Positions 54,719 to 63,406 of a DNA stretch of 64,000 nucleotides are shown piece after piece. Made by a program: the position numbers and the translations under genes. This DNA comes from Patescibacteria group bacterium (GTDB lineage: Bacteria > Patescibacteriota > Patescibacteriia > 2-01-FULL-39-33). Numbering within the stretch: the stretch's first letter is position 1; each line of letters starts with the position of its first letter. The stretch spans positions 693-64,692 of the forward strand of contig JBAZQS010000002.1 of NCBI GenBank assembly GCA_041645075.1, in the 5' to 3' direction. The notes under the pieces were generated by a model. The model saw only the letters and a list, made by a program, of their open reading frames with translations, made no database searches and was not told the DNA's origin.

Positions 54719-56167
54719 ATGCCAGAAAAATTAAGCGAACAAGAAGTTCGACTAAAAAAGCTAAAGGCCATAAGGCAAGCCGGGATAAATCCTTATCCGG
54801 AAAAATTTGATAAACAAATAGATTTAGCCGAAGCCAAAAAATTACCGGAAGGTACGGCCGTCAAATCAGCCGGCCGAATAATGACCATCCGCCTGATGGG
54901 TAAAATCGCCTTTTGCCATTTGCAGGATTTTTCTGGCCAAATGCAGGCGGTTTTAAAAGAAGATGAAATTGGCGCCGATAGTTTTAAATTTTTTGTGGAT
55001 TATATTGATCTGGCCGATTTTATCGGGGTTGAGGGCGAGATATTTACCACTAAAAAGGGCGAGATTTCTGTTTTAGTTAAAAAATATCAATTATTGGCCA
55101 AGGCAATTTTACCATTACCGGAAAAATGGCATGGCCTTAAAGACAAGGAAATTAGGTATCGCCAAAGATATTTGGATTTGATTATGAATCCAGAAGTTAA
55201 GGAAGTATTTTTAAAGCGGGAAAGAGCCATCAATCTGATTAGAGAATTTTTATTAAAACAAAATTTTCATGAAGTGGAGACGCCACTACTCCAGCCGCTT
55301 TACGGCGGCGCCGAAGCCCAGCCATTTATTACCAAATTAAACGCCTTGGATATTAAGTTATATCTTTCTATCTCACCGGAAATTTACCTTAAAAAACTTT
55401 TGGTGGGCGGCATTGATAAAATATTTACTATCTGTAAAAATTTCCGCAATGAGGGCATAGACAAGTGGCATAATCCGGAATTTACCATGATGGAAGTCTA
55501 TGCTTCTTATTGGGACTATAACGACATTAGAAAATTAACCGAAAATTTATTAGAAAAACTGGCCAAAGAGATAACGGGCAATACAAAAATAAATTATCAG
55601 GGTCAAGAAATTGACTTTAAAGCGCCTTTCCAGTGTATAACGCTAAAGAAAGCCATAAAAAAATATGCCGGCATTAATCCCGATGATGAAAAAGTCATAA
55701 AAGAAGAGGCAAAAAAACTTGGAATAAAAGGCGCGCACGATGAAATGCTTGAAGCTATATTTAAAGAGAGGGTGGAATCAAAATTAATTCAGCCGACATT
55801 TATTACGGATTATCCAAAATCAATTTGTCCCTTGACCAAAGAGCATAGAAAAAATAAAGATGAGGTTGAAAGGTTTGAACTATTTGTTAATGGCGTAGAG
55901 CTGGCTAATGCTTATTCGGAATTAAACGATCCAATTGAGCAAGAAAAACGGCTCAAAGAACAAATGGGGCGTCGTGAACGATTGGAAAAATTTAAAACGC
56001 ACTTGGAAGCCAATGTTTTAGATGATGATTTTATTGAAGCCATGAAACACGGCATGCCGCCGGCCGGGGGATTGGGCCTGGGTATTGATCGTCTAGTTTT
56101 ATTATTGACCGATTCACCATCAATTAGAGATGTAATTTTATTCCCATTTATGAGGCCACAAGAATAA
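54719..56167 (+). CDS. lysS: Lysyl-tRNA synthetase (class II)
   Basis: LPEKWHGLKD..RYRQRYLDL, FRNEGID..HNPEFT, ELANAYSELNDP, GMPPAGGLGLGIDR. Confidence 0.97.
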   Translation: MPEKLSEQEVRLKKLKAIRQAGINPYPEKFDKQIDLAEAKKLPEGTAVKSAGRIMTIRLMGKIAFCHLQDFSGQMQAVLKEDEIGADSFKFFVDYIDLADFIGVEGEIFTTKKGEISVLVKKYQLLAKAILPLPEKWHGLKDKEIRYRQRYLDLIMNPEVKEVFLKRERAINLIREFLLKQNFHEVETPLLQPLYGGAEAQPFITKLNALDIKLYLSISPEIYLKKLLVGGIDKIFTICKNFRNEGIDKWHNPEFTMMEVYASYWDYNDIRKLTENLLEKLAKEITGNTKINYQGQEIDFKAPFQCITLKKAIKKYAGINPDDEKVIKEEAKKLGIKGAHDEMLEAIFKERVESKLIQPTFITDYPKSICPLTKEHRKNKDEVERFELFVNGVELANAYSELNDPIEQEKRLKEQMGRRERLEKFKTHLEANVLDDDFIEAMKHGMPPAGGLGLGIDRLVLLLTDSPSIRDVILFPFMRPQE

Positions 56168-56205
56168 AAACAATAAAGCAACCTAAAAAAATATAAAATA
56201 AAAAT

Positions 56206-57471
56206 ATGCTTGATATAAAATTCATTCGGGAAAATGCCGAATTAGTTAAAGAAAATTGCAAAAACCGCTTGGCCAAAGTGGATATTGATAAATTACTGGA
56301 AGTAGATACTAAAAGAAGAGAAATGGAATTAAAAATCAGCGAATGGCGCGCCAAAAGAAATGAGGTTTCTAAAATCAAACCATCTCCGGAACAAATCGCC
56401 GAAATGAAACAGGTGGGCGAAGAAATCAAAAAATTAGAAGCCGATATTGTACCTATTGAAGAAAAATTTAGAAATTTATGGCTCCAAGTGCCAAACATAA
56501 CCCATCCGGATGTGATAGTGAGCCAAAACGAAGAAGATAATCCGGTTTTAGACACTTATAAAGAACCGACTAAATTTGATTTTGAACCATTAGACCACGT
56601 TCAATTAGCGGAAAAATTGGACTTGATTGATTTTGACCGAGCCACTAAGGTTAGCGGGGCAAAATTTTATTATCTAAAAAATGAATTGGTATTATTGGAA
56701 TTTGCTTTAATTCAATATGCCTTAAATACTGTTACTAAGCACGGGTTTATTCCATTTTCCACTCCGGATTTGGCCAAGCAGGAAATTTTGGAAGGCCTGG
56801 GATTTAATCCGAGAGGGGAGTCAACCCAGATTTATAATATAGAAAATAGCGATTTAAGCTTGATTGGCACCGCGGAAATCACTATGGGCGGTTATCATAT
56901 GGATGAGATTTTAGACGCCGCTGAATTGCCAAAAAAATACGTGGCCATTTCTCATTGCTTTAGGACCGAAGCCGGCAGCTATTCAAAATTTACCAAAGGC
57001 ATTTTCCGCGTTCATCAATTCACAAAAGTAGAAATGTTCCAATATGTTTTGCCCGGTGAAAGCGAAAAAGCCCATCAAGAATTATTGGCGATTGAGAGAG
57101 AAATTTTTGAGGGCTTAGAAATACCATTTAGAGTTATTGACCATTGCACGGCTGATTTGGGCGGTCCAGCCATAAGAACTTTTGATTTAGAGGCCTGGCT
57201 GCCGGGGAAACCAGGCAAAAATAACAAGAAAGGGGATTGGGCCGAAATTACCTCAACCTCTAATTGCGCTGACTATCAAGCCAGGGGATTAAACATAAAA
57301 TATAAAACAGTTGACGGCAAAAAAGAATATGTTCATATGATTAATGGCACGGCCATTGCCGTTGGCCGGACGCTGATTGCCATTATGGAAAATAATCAGC
57401 AAGTAAATGGCAGTATTTTAGTGCCTAAAATATTACAAAAATATTGCGGCTTTAAAATAATAAAAAGATAA
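56206..57471 (+). CDS. serS: Seryl-tRNA synthetase
   Basis: MLDIKFIREN, LIGTAE, CFRTEAG..RVHQFTKVE, EITSTSNC.DYQAR, NGTA. Confidence 0.97.
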   Translation: MLDIKFIRENAELVKENCKNRLAKVDIDKLLEVDTKRREMELKISEWRAKRNEVSKIKPSPEQIAEMKQVGEEIKKLEADIVPIEEKFRNLWLQVPNITHPDVIVSQNEEDNPVLDTYKEPTKFDFEPLDHVQLAEKLDLIDFDRATKVSGAKFYYLKNELVLLEFALIQYALNTVTKHGFIPFSTPDLAKQEILEGLGFNPRGESTQIYNIENSDLSLIGTAEITMGGYHMDEILDAAELPKKYVAISHCFRTEAGSYSKFTKGIFRVHQFTKVEMFQYVLPGESEKAHQELLAIEREIFEGLEIPFRVIDHCTADLGGPAIRTFDLEAWLPGKPGKNNKKGDWAEITSTSNCADYQARGLNIKYKTVDGKKEYVHMINGTAIAVGRTLIAIMENNQQVNGSILVPKILQKYCGFKIIKR

Positions 57472-57532
57472 AAAAATCCGATACGCCCTTGGGGAGTATC
57501 GGATTAAGGTGCATAAATCGGATGATTTTCTG

Positions 57533-57844
57533 TTAATTGGGGCAGTTAAGAATGGCTTTCATAATATCATTAAAGCAATCCGGCGGCAGGGCCTTGATTT
57601 GAGCCGCCACATCCGGAAACCTGGAAGCGGTCATAAAAAGCTCATCAAGACCACTGCCCAATGCTCTAATAATTTGCTGCCTTGGCATCCCATCTCTTAG
57701 CGCCTGCAAACATGCTCGTTTGGTTTGCTTGACGGCGGTGGTTGTGCAGCAGGTTGATGCCAGCCCCTTTATGGTATATACATCCGATTTGAAATTCAAA
57801 AGAACGGGAATTGACGGCGCGGGCACTTCATAGACCGTTTTCAT
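57533..57844 (-). CDS. Hypothetical protein (103 aa)
   Basis: AAGGAAGG SD, promoter TTGACA-17-TATAAA (57933-57905), convergent hairpin at 57475-57507. Confidence 0.65.
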   Translation of the reverse strand: MKTVYEVPAPSIPVLLNFKSDVYTIKGLASTCCTTTAVKQTKRACLQALRDGMPRQQIIRALGSGLDELFMTASRFPDVAAQIKALPPDCFNDIMKAILNCPN

Positions 57845-57932
57845 AAAAATCCTTCCTTTCAGTTTCGGGTTACCAGGTTTATGTTTGTGCTATCGAGCAA
57901 ATTATTTATATCATTAGAATTATCAATTGTCA

Positions 57933-57983
57933 ACCCCATTAGAGAAAAGCGCCACTTCGAAGAGGGCGGATCTCTAACGGGGT
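57933..57983. repeat. Palindromic element ACCCC(A/G)TTAGAGA...TCTCTAACGGGGT
   Basis: 13-bp terminal inverted repeat with one mismatch, internal hairpin. Confidence 0.6.
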
Positions 57984-58002
57984 CAACCCCTCTTTAATTA
58001 TT

Positions 58003-58890
58003 ATGCTGACGGAAAATTTTTTCGCCAAAGGCGGAGAAAAAAATTCAGACCGGGATTTTAGCCAAAATAAGGCACTAATAAGCCGCAGTCAAGTTAAAAA
58101 GGACTATTTAAAAAAGGATTTTGCCAATCCTTATTTTGTTAAAAACAAAAAGCCGGCTGGTTTTAACACCAAGTTTTATTTGAAAATTTTTTTCATTATA
58201 TTGATTATTTATATTTTAATTTACAGCGATTTATTCAAGATAAAAAATCTCGCCATCCAAGGCACGGAAATGATTAGACCAGAAGAATTGACGGCGTTAA
58301 TCAATAACAAATTAAATACTCGGCGTTGGTTTTTAATACCGCGAAGAAATTTATTTTTCTACGATAAAAGCGATTTACAAAAAGCGATTAAGGCCAAATA
58401 TAATTTAAGCGCGTTAGAAATAAAGAGGGGTTGGCAATCATTGACCATTAAAATAAAAGAAAAAATTTCTTATCTGATAGTTTATAATTTGGGCGACCAA
58501 CGTTTTTATTTGGCTGATATGGCAGGAGCGGTGGATGAAGAAATACCCAAAGAGGGGATAGCGGAATTTTGGCAGCGTTTTCCTATTTTAAACATCAACA
58601 ATCAAGAGATTAAAATAGGCGAGAATATTATTACCGCAAAAATGGTCAATTACATTTTGGACCTGGATAAAAATTTAAAATCCCAGCCCTTTAATATTCA
58701 GGGCTATGAAAAAGAGGGAATTGATGAGGTCTCCGCCGTAATGAAAGAGGGCTGGCGAGCGCGTTTTGACGTTAATTCTAATATTAAGGACTCGGTGGAA
58801 AATTTATTATTGGTTTATAATAAAATAGACAAATCAAAAACAATTGAATACATTGATTTAAGATTCGGCAATAAAGTTTTTTATAAATAG
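58003..58890 (+). CDS. FtsQ/DivIB-like cell division protein
   Basis: TM, POTRA-like FKIKNLAIQG..., C-terminal YIDLRFGNKVFYK. Confidence 0.8.
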   Translation: MLTENFFAKGGEKNSDRDFSQNKALISRSQVKKDYLKKDFANPYFVKNKKPAGFNTKFYLKIFFIILIIYILIYSDLFKIKNLAIQGTEMIRPEELTALINNKLNTRRWFLIPRRNLFFYDKSDLQKAIKAKYNLSALEIKRGWQSLTIKIKEKISYLIVYNLGDQRFYLADMAGAVDEEIPKEGIAEFWQRFPILNINNQEIKIGENIITAKMVNYILDLDKNLKSQPFNIQGYEKEGIDEVSAVMKEGWRARFDVNSNIKDSVENLLLVYNKIDKSKTIEYIDLRFGNKVFYK

Positions 58891-58954
58891 CCATGTCATC
58901 CAAGGTGGGGATAGGTGGATTTGACTGCTTATCAAAGATAATTATATAATAAAT

Positions 58955-58968
58955 ATAACTTCGCATAA
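58955..58968 (+). promoter_or_regulatory. dif/lox-like recombinase half-site in the xer leader
   Basis: ATAACTTCGCATAA immediately after promoter TTGACT-18-TATAAT. Confidence 0.45.
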
Positions 58969-59002
58969 CACGGGATAACCGTTGATACGGCCATTAAATT
59001 AT

Positions 59003-59962
59003 ATGAAAAAATCCGAAACTTCCATAATTAAACACATTCCTACTTTTCTTGAGTATTGTGAGGTGGAAAAGGGTTTAAGCCCCGTTTCAACCCATAATTA
59101 CCATAATTTCCTTAAGCCGTTTGTGGAATGGCTCAAAATACATAAATTAGACCAAATTAAGCCCCATAATCTTAGTCCGGATCATATTTGGGATTACCGT
59201 CTTTATCTATCTCATAAAAAGGATTATAAAGGTCAGTATATTAAAAAAACGAGCCAAAGTTATTATTTACGAGCATTGCGCAATTTACTTAATTACTTTG
59301 CTAATAGAGATATTATATCTTTATCCGCGGAAAAAATTAAATTACCAAAGTTAACCGACAAAGATAAAAAAATTAAATTTTTAAAATTTGAACAAGTGGA
59401 AAAATTAATGGCCATGCCAGATTCAAATATCATTTCTGGCTTAAGGGATAGAGCCATTTTAGAAATACTATTCTCTACTGGTTTGCGAGTATCCGAATTA
59501 ACTTCGCTTAACGCTAAATTTTTTAATTTACAAGAATTAAAAAAACATCAAAAAGATGGGTTGGAATTTACAATTTATGGAAAGGGTGGAGTGGCTAGGC
59601 CGGTATTTATTTCAGAATGCGCCCTATCTTGGCTTATAAGATATATGGAAAAGAGAAAAGATATGTTCGCTCCCCTATTTATTAATTATCAAAAAAATAA
59701 TAGTGCCGATTGTGACCATCGACTATCTTCTAGGTCGGTCGAATCCATTGTTAAAAAATATGCAGTAATGGCCGGCTTACCCGTGGATGCGACACCACAC
59801 ACCCTGCGGCACAGCTATGCCACCGACTTATTAAATCAAGGAGCGGATTTAAGATCGGTTCAAGAGCTTTTGGGTCATAAAGATATTGGCACGACTCAAA
59901 TTTATACACACGTAACTAATAAAAGACTAAAAGATGTTTATAAAAAATACCATAGCGTATAA
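59003..59962 (+). CDS. Tyrosine recombinase XerC/XerD family
   Basis: RDRAILEILFSTGLRVSEL, GKGG, TPHTLRHSYAT, VQELLGH..TTQIYTH (full R-K-H-R-H-Y set). Confidence 0.95.
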   Translation: MKKSETSIIKHIPTFLEYCEVEKGLSPVSTHNYHNFLKPFVEWLKIHKLDQIKPHNLSPDHIWDYRLYLSHKKDYKGQYIKKTSQSYYLRALRNLLNYFANRDIISLSAEKIKLPKLTDKDKKIKFLKFEQVEKLMAMPDSNIISGLRDRAILEILFSTGLRVSELTSLNAKFFNLQELKKHQKDGLEFTIYGKGGVARPVFISECALSWLIRYMEKRKDMFAPLFINYQKNNSADCDHRLSSRSVESIVKKYAVMAGLPVDATPHTLRHSYATDLLNQGADLRSVQELLGHKDIGTTQIYTHVTNKRLKDVYKKYHSV

Positions 59963-59981
59963 AGAAATAAATAAAATAGAT

Positions 59982-60464
59982 ATGGGTTTAACTTGGTTAA
60001 CTATAGAAAAATCAATTAAAAAAGAAACTGATTGGCTAAAAAGTAATATTTTCCCTTTTCATTCTGATAAAAATCCACTTAATTTGCCCGATGATACATT
60101 TTACAGATTAATTGCTATTCTAATTGTTTCTGGGCAAGTTAAAACAACTGAATATTTTTATGACAGTAGCAAAATTATTGGATTTAACTCAGTTCATTCT
60201 CCAAATAAAGAACATGGCACCGAATGGCATAATAATTTAATAAATTATTTGCATGATTATTTTGAAAAACAAGGATTTGAAGTATATACCTCGGAGCCAA
60301 TGCTATATTATGGACAAGCTGATTTAAAGGTTATTTCTGAAAAAGTTATATATTTTGAAATTGATACGGTGGGTATATTTAAGTTGTGGGTAAATTTGAA
60401 AAATATGAAAAATATTAATATAATCATTTTAACATCTAATAAAATTATTAAATTTGAATTATGA
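59982..60464 (+). CDS. Hypothetical protein, possible restriction-endonuclease-like fold
   Basis: EHGTEWH..GFEVYTSEP..QADL..YFEIDT; very AT-rich. Confidence 0.55.
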   Translation: MGLTWLTIEKSIKKETDWLKSNIFPFHSDKNPLNLPDDTFYRLIAILIVSGQVKTTEYFYDSSKIIGFNSVHSPNKEHGTEWHNNLINYLHDYFEKQGFEVYTSEPMLYYGQADLKVISEKVIYFEIDTVGIFKLWVNLKNMKNINIIILTSNKIIKFEL

Positions 60465-61291
60465 AAGATTTGCCAAACATAAATGAATATGTTAAACACT
60501 TAAATTCAAATAATTACGGTAATTCAACGCTGGTTGCATATTTGACTGGCTTGAACCATTTTAAAAAATATCTTACCATTAAGAATATTAAAAATTTTAA
60601 TGAGATTAATATAGAAGTTATTAATCAATTTATTCAAGAATTAAGTATTTCAAATAATACCGCAAATGTATATATAAACGGCGTCAAAAATTATTTCAAT
60701 TTTTTAGAAAAATATAAAAGTTTAAATTTTAATTTTAAAATTGAAGACATCAAGGAAATTAAGCGTTCAAAAGTGGTTAATAAGGAGATTGATTACGAAC
60801 TCATGACCCGTAGGTTAAATGTAATTAAAAAAAATGATTCCTTATCTTCGAAAAGAGACTATATTATAATACAGCTTGTTATAAAAACAGGGATTAGGAT
60901 CTCTGATTTAATTAAGATAAGGGTTGATCAATTTTCGGATGATAGTATTAAAATAAATGACTATTTTTACTACATTGATCGTGAATTATCAAAAGATATT
61001 AATGATTATTTAAGCCGTTTAGATCATAAGTTCGCGTATCTATTTGTTTCATTCTCGAGAAATATTAAACTTAATGGCGATCAATGCCTAACATCGAGCA
61101 GTGTTGCGAGAATGATCAAAAAAAACTTTGGCAATATTAGTTATAATGGCTTGAAGTCGATTTATTTTAAAAATATAATAGATGATCTTCCAGAGATAGA
61201 AACAACTCATTGTCATAATATTGGTGGCAAAACTATGATTGATGATTTGTACAAAATAATTAACAATGAAGATGAAAAATATTCAAATTAA
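60461..61291 (+). CDS. Degenerate tyrosine-recombinase-like protein
   Basis: Integrase SAM-like N-terminus and RDYIIIQLVIKTGIRISDL; HxxR box and catalytic Tyr not recognisable. Confidence 0.7.
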   Translation: MKDLPNINEYVKHLNSNNYGNSTLVAYLTGLNHFKKYLTIKNIKNFNEINIEVINQFIQELSISNNTANVYINGVKNYFNFLEKYKSLNFNFKIEDIKEIKRSKVVNKEIDYELMTRRLNVIKKNDSLSSKRDYIIIQLVIKTGIRISDLIKIRVDQFSDDSIKINDYFYYIDRELSKDINDYLSRLDHKFAYLFVSFSRNIKLNGDQCLTSSSVARMIKKNFGNISYNGLKSIYFKNIIDDLPEIETTHCHNIGGKTMIDDLYKIINNEDEKYSN

Positions 61292-61751
61292 AAAAATTAA
61301 TCTTAACCAACTGCCAGAGGTGATAAAAATGACTTGGCAAGCTTTTAATGTTCCCTTTTTGAAAGGCGGGATTATTTCTGATTATAAAGAATCGGAAAAT
61401 CTAAAAGAAATGGTGGAAAATAAAAAAATTTTTATCTTAGCCGCATTATCTAATAATAAAATTGTGGGCGCTGTCAGATACAAATCCACCGCCAATGGCC
61501 AGAATATTTATTTATTCAGATTGGCGGTTTTAAAATTTTATCGGTATATGGGCATCGGGTCTAAATTAGTAAAACGAGTGGAAAAAATAACAAAAAAATT
61601 GGGCTATAAAAAGATTAAATTGGATTGCGTGCTGGAAAAGGGCTTATTCCCCTATTATAAAAAATTGGGTTATCGCGTTTATAATATAAAAAAACACGAT
61701 GACCATTATGATGTCTTTATGTATAAGAGGGTCAACTCATTTAAAAAATAA
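61266..61751 (+). CDS. GNAT-family acetyltransferase
   Basis: RLAVLKFYRYMGIGSKLV, YYKKLGY. Confidence 0.85.
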   Translation: MKMKNIQIKKINLNQLPEVIKMTWQAFNVPFLKGGIISDYKESENLKEMVENKKIFILAALSNNKIVGAVRYKSTANGQNIYLFRLAVLKFYRYMGIGSKLVKRVEKITKKLGYKKIKLDCVLEKGLFPYYKKLGYRVYNIKKHDDHYDVFMYKRVNSFKK

Positions 61752-61756
61752 ATTTA

Positions 61757-61780
61757 AAAGCGTCCTAAGGGGACGCTTTT
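61757..61780. terminator. Bidirectional terminator
   Basis: AAAAGCGTCC..GGACGCTTTT between convergent genes. Confidence 0.75.
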
Positions 61781-61788
61781 ATTTCAAC

Positions 61789-62205
61789 TTACTTAATTTT
61801 TTTAACCTTTTCCTCAAAAGGGCGAAGAATCGCTTCCAGCTTGTCATCAAGCAGGTAGTCAAGTTCGGATAAAAATTTGATTATCGCATCTTCAATGTCC
61901 AATAAATACAATAATCTTAAATTTTCAACTGTTTGTTTTTCTTTTTGTAATACTTGGCGCGCCACATTGCCCAATTGGTAAAATTTGGCCTTACACTTAT
62001 CACTCATGAAACTAAGTGCTGTCCAACTGTAAAGATCATCCTTTGTGATTTTGGTATCGTCCTTGGTTAAATGCCGAAAGGTTTGAATTCGAGCATTAAT
62101 TAAATCCGGCCAATAATCATCATCAAACGAATGATGACCAATTAACATCTTAATAACCAAGGTAATTACCAAAGAATCGGCTACTGGATTTGAACTGTGC
62201 TTCAT
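61789..62205 (-). CDS. Hypothetical protein (138 aa)
   Basis: AAGGAGG SD, intact ORF. Confidence 0.7.
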   Translation of the reverse strand: MKHSSNPVADSLVITLVIKMLIGHHSFDDDYWPDLINARIQTFRHLTKDDTKITKDDLYSWTALSFMSDKCKAKFYQLGNVARQVLQKEKQTVENLRLLYLLDIEDAIIKFLSELDYLLDDKLEAILRPFEEKVKKIK

Positions 62206-62243
62206 TTTCTTTCCTCCTTGGGCTTAAAATAGCATCAATCTGG

Positions 62244-62666
62244 CTATCTGTCAATTTTTTTATAGCCAGCATTTTTAAGCAATTCAGAACTTGACCTTAT
62301 TTTACCGCCACCCACATTATCAATTATCTCAATACCCAACTCTTCGCAGACCGCCGCTTCGGGTATATTACCCGCATTTCTATCGCCGCCGTTGGCAAAT
62401 ATGTCGGGCTTGACCGCCCTTAATGACTCGCAAACCGACCGGTCTTTGTCTATGGCGATAAATACCTCATCCACGTCTTTTAAGGCGCGGACAATTTCGG
62501 CCCGGTCTTGCTCGGTCATAAAGGGGATGCTGCCTTTTAATTTTACTTGTTCATTATTATTTACAATCACCACTAAATAATCCCCTAATTTTTTGGCCTC
62601 TCTTATCATTTGCAAATGACCGACATGGAGAGGATTAAAATAACCGCTCACCGCCACCTTTTTCAT
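62244..62666 (-). CDS. Cytidylyltransferase-like nucleotidyltransferase (RibL/TagD family)
   Basis: SGYFNPLHVGH (HxGH), FANGGDR, RSSS. Confidence 0.9.
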   Translation of the reverse strand: MKKVAVSGYFNPLHVGHLQMIREAKKLGDYLVVIVNNNEQVKLKGSIPFMTEQDRAEIVRALKDVDEVFIAIDKDRSVCESLRAVKPDIFANGGDRNAGNIPEAAVCEELGIEIIDNVGGGKIRSSSELLKNAGYKKIDR

Positions 62667-62720
62667 CGGTATAAATATTATTAATTAATTTTAAAAACGC
62701 CGCTCGCAGCGTTTTTAAAA

Positions 62721-62951
62721 TCACTTTTTTCGGCCACGCCTTTTTTTAATTGCACCCATACCGACCACTAGGGCGGCGGCGCCGGCAAGGCCAACCGCGA
62801 TTTTCTTTTTTGTCTTGTCGTCTAATTTATCATATTTGCCCTTCAATTCTCTGGCCTTATCCATAAGACCGTCTCCCACCCTTTTAATTTCCTCAATCCC
62901 CCGCTCTAAATTTACCTTTGATTTTTTGTTGTTTTTCTTTTTGGTTGCCAT
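62721..62951 (-). CDS. Small basic tail-anchored hypothetical protein
   Basis: Helical body, C-terminal hydrophobic IAVGLAGAAALVVGMGAI flanked by Lys/Arg. Confidence 0.7.
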   Translation of the reverse strand: MATKKKNNKKSKVNLERGIEEIKRVGDGLMDKARELKGKYDKLDDKTKKKIAVGLAGAAALVVGMGAIKKRRGRKK

Positions 62952-62971
62952 AAATTTATGATTAATTATAT

Positions 62972-63157
62972 TGAGATGGTTACAAAACTATATTTCTCTA
63001 AATTTGTCCTTTTTGGCTGCGACTTCGTCGGGCGGGCGTAAAAAGATTCTCACCGCCCCGATGTTACGTCGGGGCGGCTCAAATCTTTTTCCTGGCCCTC
63101 CTTGTCTCGCTCAAAAAGTCCTAAATTTATAGATAAAATAGTTTTGTAACCATCTCA
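62972..63157. mobile_element. MITE (186 bp) with 20-bp terminal inverted repeats
   Basis: TGAGATGGTTACAAAACTAT ... ATAGTTTTGTAACCATCTCA; no ORF; partial copy at 42814. Confidence 0.8.
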
Positions 63158-63194
63158 TTGATTTATATTAACAGAAAAAAATAAAAAATTCCAA

Positions 63195-63228
63195 TTTAAA
63201 AGGGGTGTCTTAATAGGCCCCTTTTAAA
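63195..63228 (-). terminator. Terminator-like hairpin downstream of the Cys-rich gene
   Basis: TTTAAAAGGGG...CCCCTTTTAAA. Confidence 0.6.
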
Positions 63229-63237
63229 TTATGCCAA

Positions 63238-63366
63238 TCACTCTTTTTCTGAACAGCCGCAGCCACAGCCCGCTTCGCAGGAACAGCAATGATAGCAAAC
63301 CGCGGGCTCGCAAGAACACTTGGTCTCGCCGTCAATGGGCAGGCCGCATTTTACGCATGTGTCCAT
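63238..63366 (-). CDS. Metallothionein-like Cys-rich microprotein (42 aa, 11 Cys)
   Basis: MDTCVKCGLPIDGETKCSCEPAVCYHCCSCEAGCGCGCSEKE, translated by hand; GC-rich coding stretch in an AT-rich spacer. Confidence 0.8.
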   Translation of the reverse strand: MDTCVKCGLPIDGETKCSCEPAVCYHCCSCEAGCGCGCSEKE

Positions 63367-63406
63367 GTTTTTGAATATTAATAATTAAATATCTCTAATC
63401 ATCTCA

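Noticed and set aside
59003-61751. Prophage or integron
   Set aside because: No phage structural genes, no attC array, and the recombinase lacks the IntI-specific insertion
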